Assembly: GCA_900543815.1 (NCBI GenBank)
Contig: UQST01000005.1
Coordinates: 54,908-118,907 of the forward strand
Direction of reading: 5' to 3'
Origin: an uncultured Prevotellaceae bacterium
GTDB lineage: Bacteria > Bacteroidota > Bacteroidia > Bacteroidales > Bacteroidaceae
DNA: 64,000 nucleotides
A program made the translations under genes and the position numbers. Below the pieces are notes generated by a model. That model saw only the letters and a program-made list of their open reading frames with translations, was not told the origin of the DNA and did not search any database. Of the stretch, positions 60,834 through 64,000 are shown in pieces (the first letter of the stretch is position 1; every line of letters starts with the position of its first letter).

Positions 60834-62720
60834 ATGAAAAGAAAGATTTATATATCACTGTCTTCCTGCCTGCTTGGGGTGTTGGCCTTCACTGCCACAT
60901 CCTGTGAGGATTGGCTGACTGTTTATCCTCAGAACAAGGTTGTGGAAGAGGAATTCTGGGAGGACAAGAACGACCTTGAGGGTGTTCGCTATGGCGCTTA
61001 CCATCAGATGGCGAGCACAGTACAGAGGCTGGCAGTGTGGGGAGACCTTCGTTCGGACAGCTACAACCTGAACCGTACCCGCACCTCCGATATGGGAAGT
61101 TATGATACCTATAATGAGATCATGAAGGGTATGCCCGACTCCAGTATGACTATATTTGACTGGGGACCAGTATATAACACCATCAACCTCTGTAACAAGG
61201 TTCTTGCTCATGGTGAGGAAGTGCTTGAGAAGGACGCTCAGTTCACCACTACCGAGTGGTATCAGATGCGTGCAGAGATGAAGTCTCTCAGAGCATTGAA
61301 CTACTTCTATCTGCTGCGTGCTTTCAAGGATGTACCTTATACTACTAAGGTTATCAACAAGGACGCCGAAGTGGAGTCTTTCCCACAGACCAACCAGTTG
61401 GCTGTTCTTGACTCTATTATCCTCGATTGTGAGAGTGTGAAGGGTCAGGCTCGCAACCGCTTCGTCAGCAACTCTGACTCAAAGGGCTTGATTACCAACT
61501 GTGCTATCTTCGCCATGTTGTCTGACATGTACCTCTGGAGAGCTTCATTGCACCAGGGACGTGGCATGCTGGAGGATACAGTGAAGGTTGACACAGGTTA
61601 TGTGGCTCACACTGTGAATGGTGACTACCAGAAGGCTGCTGACTATGCTGACCTTGCTCTGGCTTCTCTTGCAAAGCAGAATCAGGACCGTTTCTCCAGT
61701 TCGTTCAATCCCACTCTTGTTGACACTGAGAACTACGGCTTGACCAACTGCGATATGATTGAGAATGATTTCGACGGTGCTTACCAGACTACAGCACCTG
61801 CACTCGAGGCTCAGACCCTGATTTTCAGATCTGGCAACAGCATCGAGAGCATGCTCGAGCTGCAGTACTCAAGCGGTGAGCAGGAGAATGGCGTTGCCAA
61901 TCATCTCTATGGTTACACCAATGGTTCTCACCTCGAGGTGAGCACCGATGCTCTCGGACAGTGCTATGGCGGTTGGGGCAATGCCAAGTATGATTCACGT
62001 ATGTGGGTTGGTGTGCAGAACCTGATTGCTACTGGTAGCAGCAGTTCCAGCAGCACAGCATTGAGTGGTTACTACTGCATCAAGTGGCAGAGACCCGAAA
62101 TCAACTGGGAAGGCCAGCAGACCAATCGTGAGATCAAGAATGTGGAAGTTGAGACCTACAAGTGGAACAACTGGATTCTCTACCGCATGACCGATGTGAT
62201 GCTCATCAAGGCTGAGGCACTTGCCTGCATAGGTGGCGCTGCCAACAACACAATGGCCAAGAACATCGTGAATGCCATTCACCGTCGTTCTTTCTGTAAC
62301 TACAACGAGTCTAAGCCCGTTTCTACAGACCTGAACTCTGGTTCTACCAACGGTAACGCTGCCACCAACTCAGACATCGTGCGTATGGTAATGAACGAGC
62401 GTCAGATTGAGCTTATCGGTGAGGGCAAGCGCTGGTTTGACCTGGTTCGCTATGCTGAGCGTAATTCTGATTCAGCTGCCGAGGCAGCCGATGAGCGCGA
62501 GAGCACCGACGAGCGTCATGTAGGTAATGGCCAGAAGGGTATGATCAAGATGGTGGATACCTTCTTGAGAAATGCCTACTCCAACTATTACACTACTCTG
62601 AAGAACAGATTCAAGAACCGCTACGGACTCTATTGCCCCATCTATTATATGGATGTGAAGGCCAGCCATGGCATGTTGCAGCAGAATCCCGTGTGGAACA
62701 AGTCTAAGTATGATCAGTAA
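60834..62720 (+). CDS. SusD/RagB-family nutrient-binding outer-membrane lipoprotein
   Basis: 628 aa; lipoprotein signal (AFTATSCED); TPR-like helical SusD fold region; immediately downstream of the SusC-like gene. Confidence 0.85.
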   Translation: MKRKIYISLSSCLLGVLAFTATSCEDWLTVYPQNKVVEEEFWEDKNDLEGVRYGAYHQMASTVQRLAVWGDLRSDSYNLNRTRTSDMGSYDTYNEIMKGMPDSSMTIFDWGPVYNTINLCNKVLAHGEEVLEKDAQFTTTEWYQMRAEMKSLRALNYFYLLRAFKDVPYTTKVINKDAEVESFPQTNQLAVLDSIILDCESVKGQARNRFVSNSDSKGLITNCAIFAMLSDMYLWRASLHQGRGMLEDTVKVDTGYVAHTVNGDYQKAADYADLALASLAKQNQDRFSSSFNPTLVDTENYGLTNCDMIENDFDGAYQTTAPALEAQTLIFRSGNSIESMLELQYSSGEQENGVANHLYGYTNGSHLEVSTDALGQCYGGWGNAKYDSRMWVGVQNLIATGSSSSSSTALSGYYCIKWQRPEINWEGQQTNREIKNVEVETYKWNNWILYRMTDVMLIKAEALACIGGAANNTMAKNIVNAIHRRSFCNYNESKPVSTDLNSGSTNGNAATNSDIVRMVMNERQIELIGEGKRWFDLVRYAERNSDSAAEAADERESTDERHVGNGQKGMIKMVDTFLRNAYSNYYTTLKNRFKNRYGLYCPIYYMDVKASHGMLQQNPVWNKSKYDQ

Positions 62721-62767
62721 ACCACGAATCTACATACAGTATCATATTGTATAAATTCAAGAGAATT

Positions 62768-64000
62768 ATGGCAAACAAGAAATTAAACAAATACATCGGA
62801 ACAGTAATCCTGGGAACAGCCATCTTGGCTGTACCCGGATGTTCCGACACATGGGACGACCATTATGAGGTTGGTGATAGCGGCAACGTAGCCACCAAGA
62901 CTCTGTGGGAGCAGATTACAAGCAACCCAGACTTGAGCCGGTTTGCTGAGATTGCTAAGCGTACAAAGTTCTATCGTGACGAGAAGCATCCTCAAAGCAC
63001 TTACACCTATGCCGACATCCTCAATGGCGGTCAGGTAAACACCGTATGGGCTCCCGAGAACAGTGCCATCAGTGATGAGGACTATGAGAAGTATCTCGAG
63101 ATGGCTGAGAATGATGGTTTCAACCTGCAGCAGCAGTTTATGGGCAACCACATCGCTCTGTGGAGACGTATCTATGCTGGTACAGACATTGATACCGTAA
63201 AGGTTCTCAATGGCAAGAACATGATCTTCGATAAGGGTCAGGGTACGTTCCAGAACGAGGTGATCAACCTGAAGAACATTCCCGCTGTGAATGGTACACT
63301 GCACACACTGAAGGGTATCGCAGAGTTCAAGTACAACCTCTACGAGTACATCAAGTTCGGTGGCACTACCAACACATTCCACGATTATCTGGTAGCCAGA
63401 GACACCACTTACTTCTCTGCTGGTTCCAGCATCGAGGGTCGTCCCGACGAGAATGGTAACCCCACATACGTTGATAGTGTGTATTTCACTTCAAACCGTA
63501 TGCTGAGCAACAGTTGGTATCTGCCCAACACAGGTGCTGACAGTTGGATGATGGCTGAGAGAAGCTTCGGTGAGGGTATCGACCGTGAGGACTCTTCTTA
63601 TGTGATGGTTATTCCTACCGATGAAGGTTGGTCGGCTGCTTACAACAAGTTGAAGCCCTACTACAAGTACTCTACCTCTTATGAGGATAAGACTAAGGGT
63701 ACTCAGGGTACAACACTTGTGTATAGCGGTCTGAATGCCGACTCTCTGGCAGAGATGAGCATCAACATGGATATCGTTACTCCTCTGGTGTTCAATGTGC
63801 ACAAGATTGGTAAAGCTGATGGCGACAAGTCAAGCAAGATTTGGGAACTGGAGACCTTCGCTCCCACCAAGGCTGCTTCTGCTGAGTACTACCTCAACTC
63901 TGTAGGTGACACTCTGCGCAGCACCGACACATGGGAGAAGACATCTCTCTTCGAGGGTGAGCCTGTGAAGATGAGTAACGGTCTGGCCTACATGTCCAAT
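62768..64000 (+). CDS. Second fasciclin (FAS1) domain lipoprotein; 3' end beyond the window
   Basis: ATG at 62768, lipoprotein signal (ILAVPGCSD), FAS1-like motif NTVWAPENSAI; open to the window end; not in the ORF track because no stop is reached. Confidence 0.65.
   Translation, partial: MANKKLNKYIGTVILGTAILAVPGCSDTWDDHYEVGDSGNVATKTLWEQITSNPDLSRFAEIAKRTKFYRDEKHPQSTYTYADILNGGQVNTVWAPENSAISDEDYEKYLEMAENDGFNLQQQFMGNHIALWRRIYAGTDIDTVKVLNGKNMIFDKGQGTFQNEVINLKNIPAVNGTLHTLKGIAEFKYNLYEYIKFGGTTNTFHDYLVARDTTYFSAGSSIEGRPDENGNPTYVDSVYFTSNRMLSNSWYLPNTGADSWMMAERSFGEGIDREDSSYVMVIPTDEGWSAAYNKLKPYYKYSTSYEDKTKGTQGTTLVYSGLNADSLAEMSINMDIVTPLVFNVHKIGKADGDKSSKIWELETFAPTKAASAEYYLNSVGDTLRSTDTWEKTSLFEGEPVKMSNGLAYMSN

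Noticed and set aside
1-64000. Searched by eye for tRNA T-loop signatures (GGTTCGAATCC-like), transposase/integrase genes, and DGR-style template/variable repeat pairs
   Set aside because: None found; the window appears to be core chromosome apart from the CRISPR-Cas module and the repeat families.

Overview
This window reads as a Bacteroidota chromosomal segment, probably Prevotella-like: SusC/SusD pair, T9SS C-terminal sorting domain, Na+-pumping methylmalonyl-CoA decarboxylase operon, fused lpxC-fabZ, and Bacteroidetes-type TAnnTTTG promoter motifs. Most of it is housekeeping. Minus-strand genes include nrdDG, a GH31 enzyme, ilvE, xseAB, a histidine acid phosphatase, mmdADCB and dxs. Plus-strand genes include trmB, mrp, phoH, purC, ubiE, aroE, purM-prfA-pyrF-lpxD-lpxC/fabZ-lpxA-miaA, mrcA, a Pif1-TPR helicase, and a SusC/SusD locus flanked by fasciclin (FAS1) lipoproteins.

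The one clear accessory system is a complete type II-C CRISPR-Cas locus on the minus strand. It has cas9 (1218 aa), cas1 and cas2, followed by an array of 46 36-nt repeats with 45 spacers (11700..14686). I predict a divergent tracrRNA just upstream of cas9 (about 19717..19796, plus strand). It carries an anti-repeat, a nexus-like CAAUAAGGC element and an intrinsic terminator, and sits behind a TATATTTG promoter. The array polarity, a candidate leader promoter and a pair of near-duplicate spacers are reported as separate findings.

Beyond the annotated genes, the window has unusually many ORF-free intergenic blocks of 400-950 bp with internal structure:
- a dispersed GC-rich palindromic repeat family of about 85 bp in three copies (362-450, 37602-37676, and 49176-49255 in inverted orientation);
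- two apparently related tandem-repeat blocks (7965-8141 with a 22-bp period; 46346-46560 with a 44-bp period, inside the lpx operon);
- a 47-bp x3 tandem repeat fused to the mrp stop codon;
- a decayed AraC-family regulator remnant overlapping the dxs 3' end.

I found no tRNA or rRNA genes and no transposase or integrase. Many ORFs in the six-frame track are artefacts: every ORF inside the CRISPR array, antisense ORFs inside GC-rich genes, and over-long N-terminal extensions. All functional calls rest on reading motifs in the translated sequence by eye; no database search was possible.
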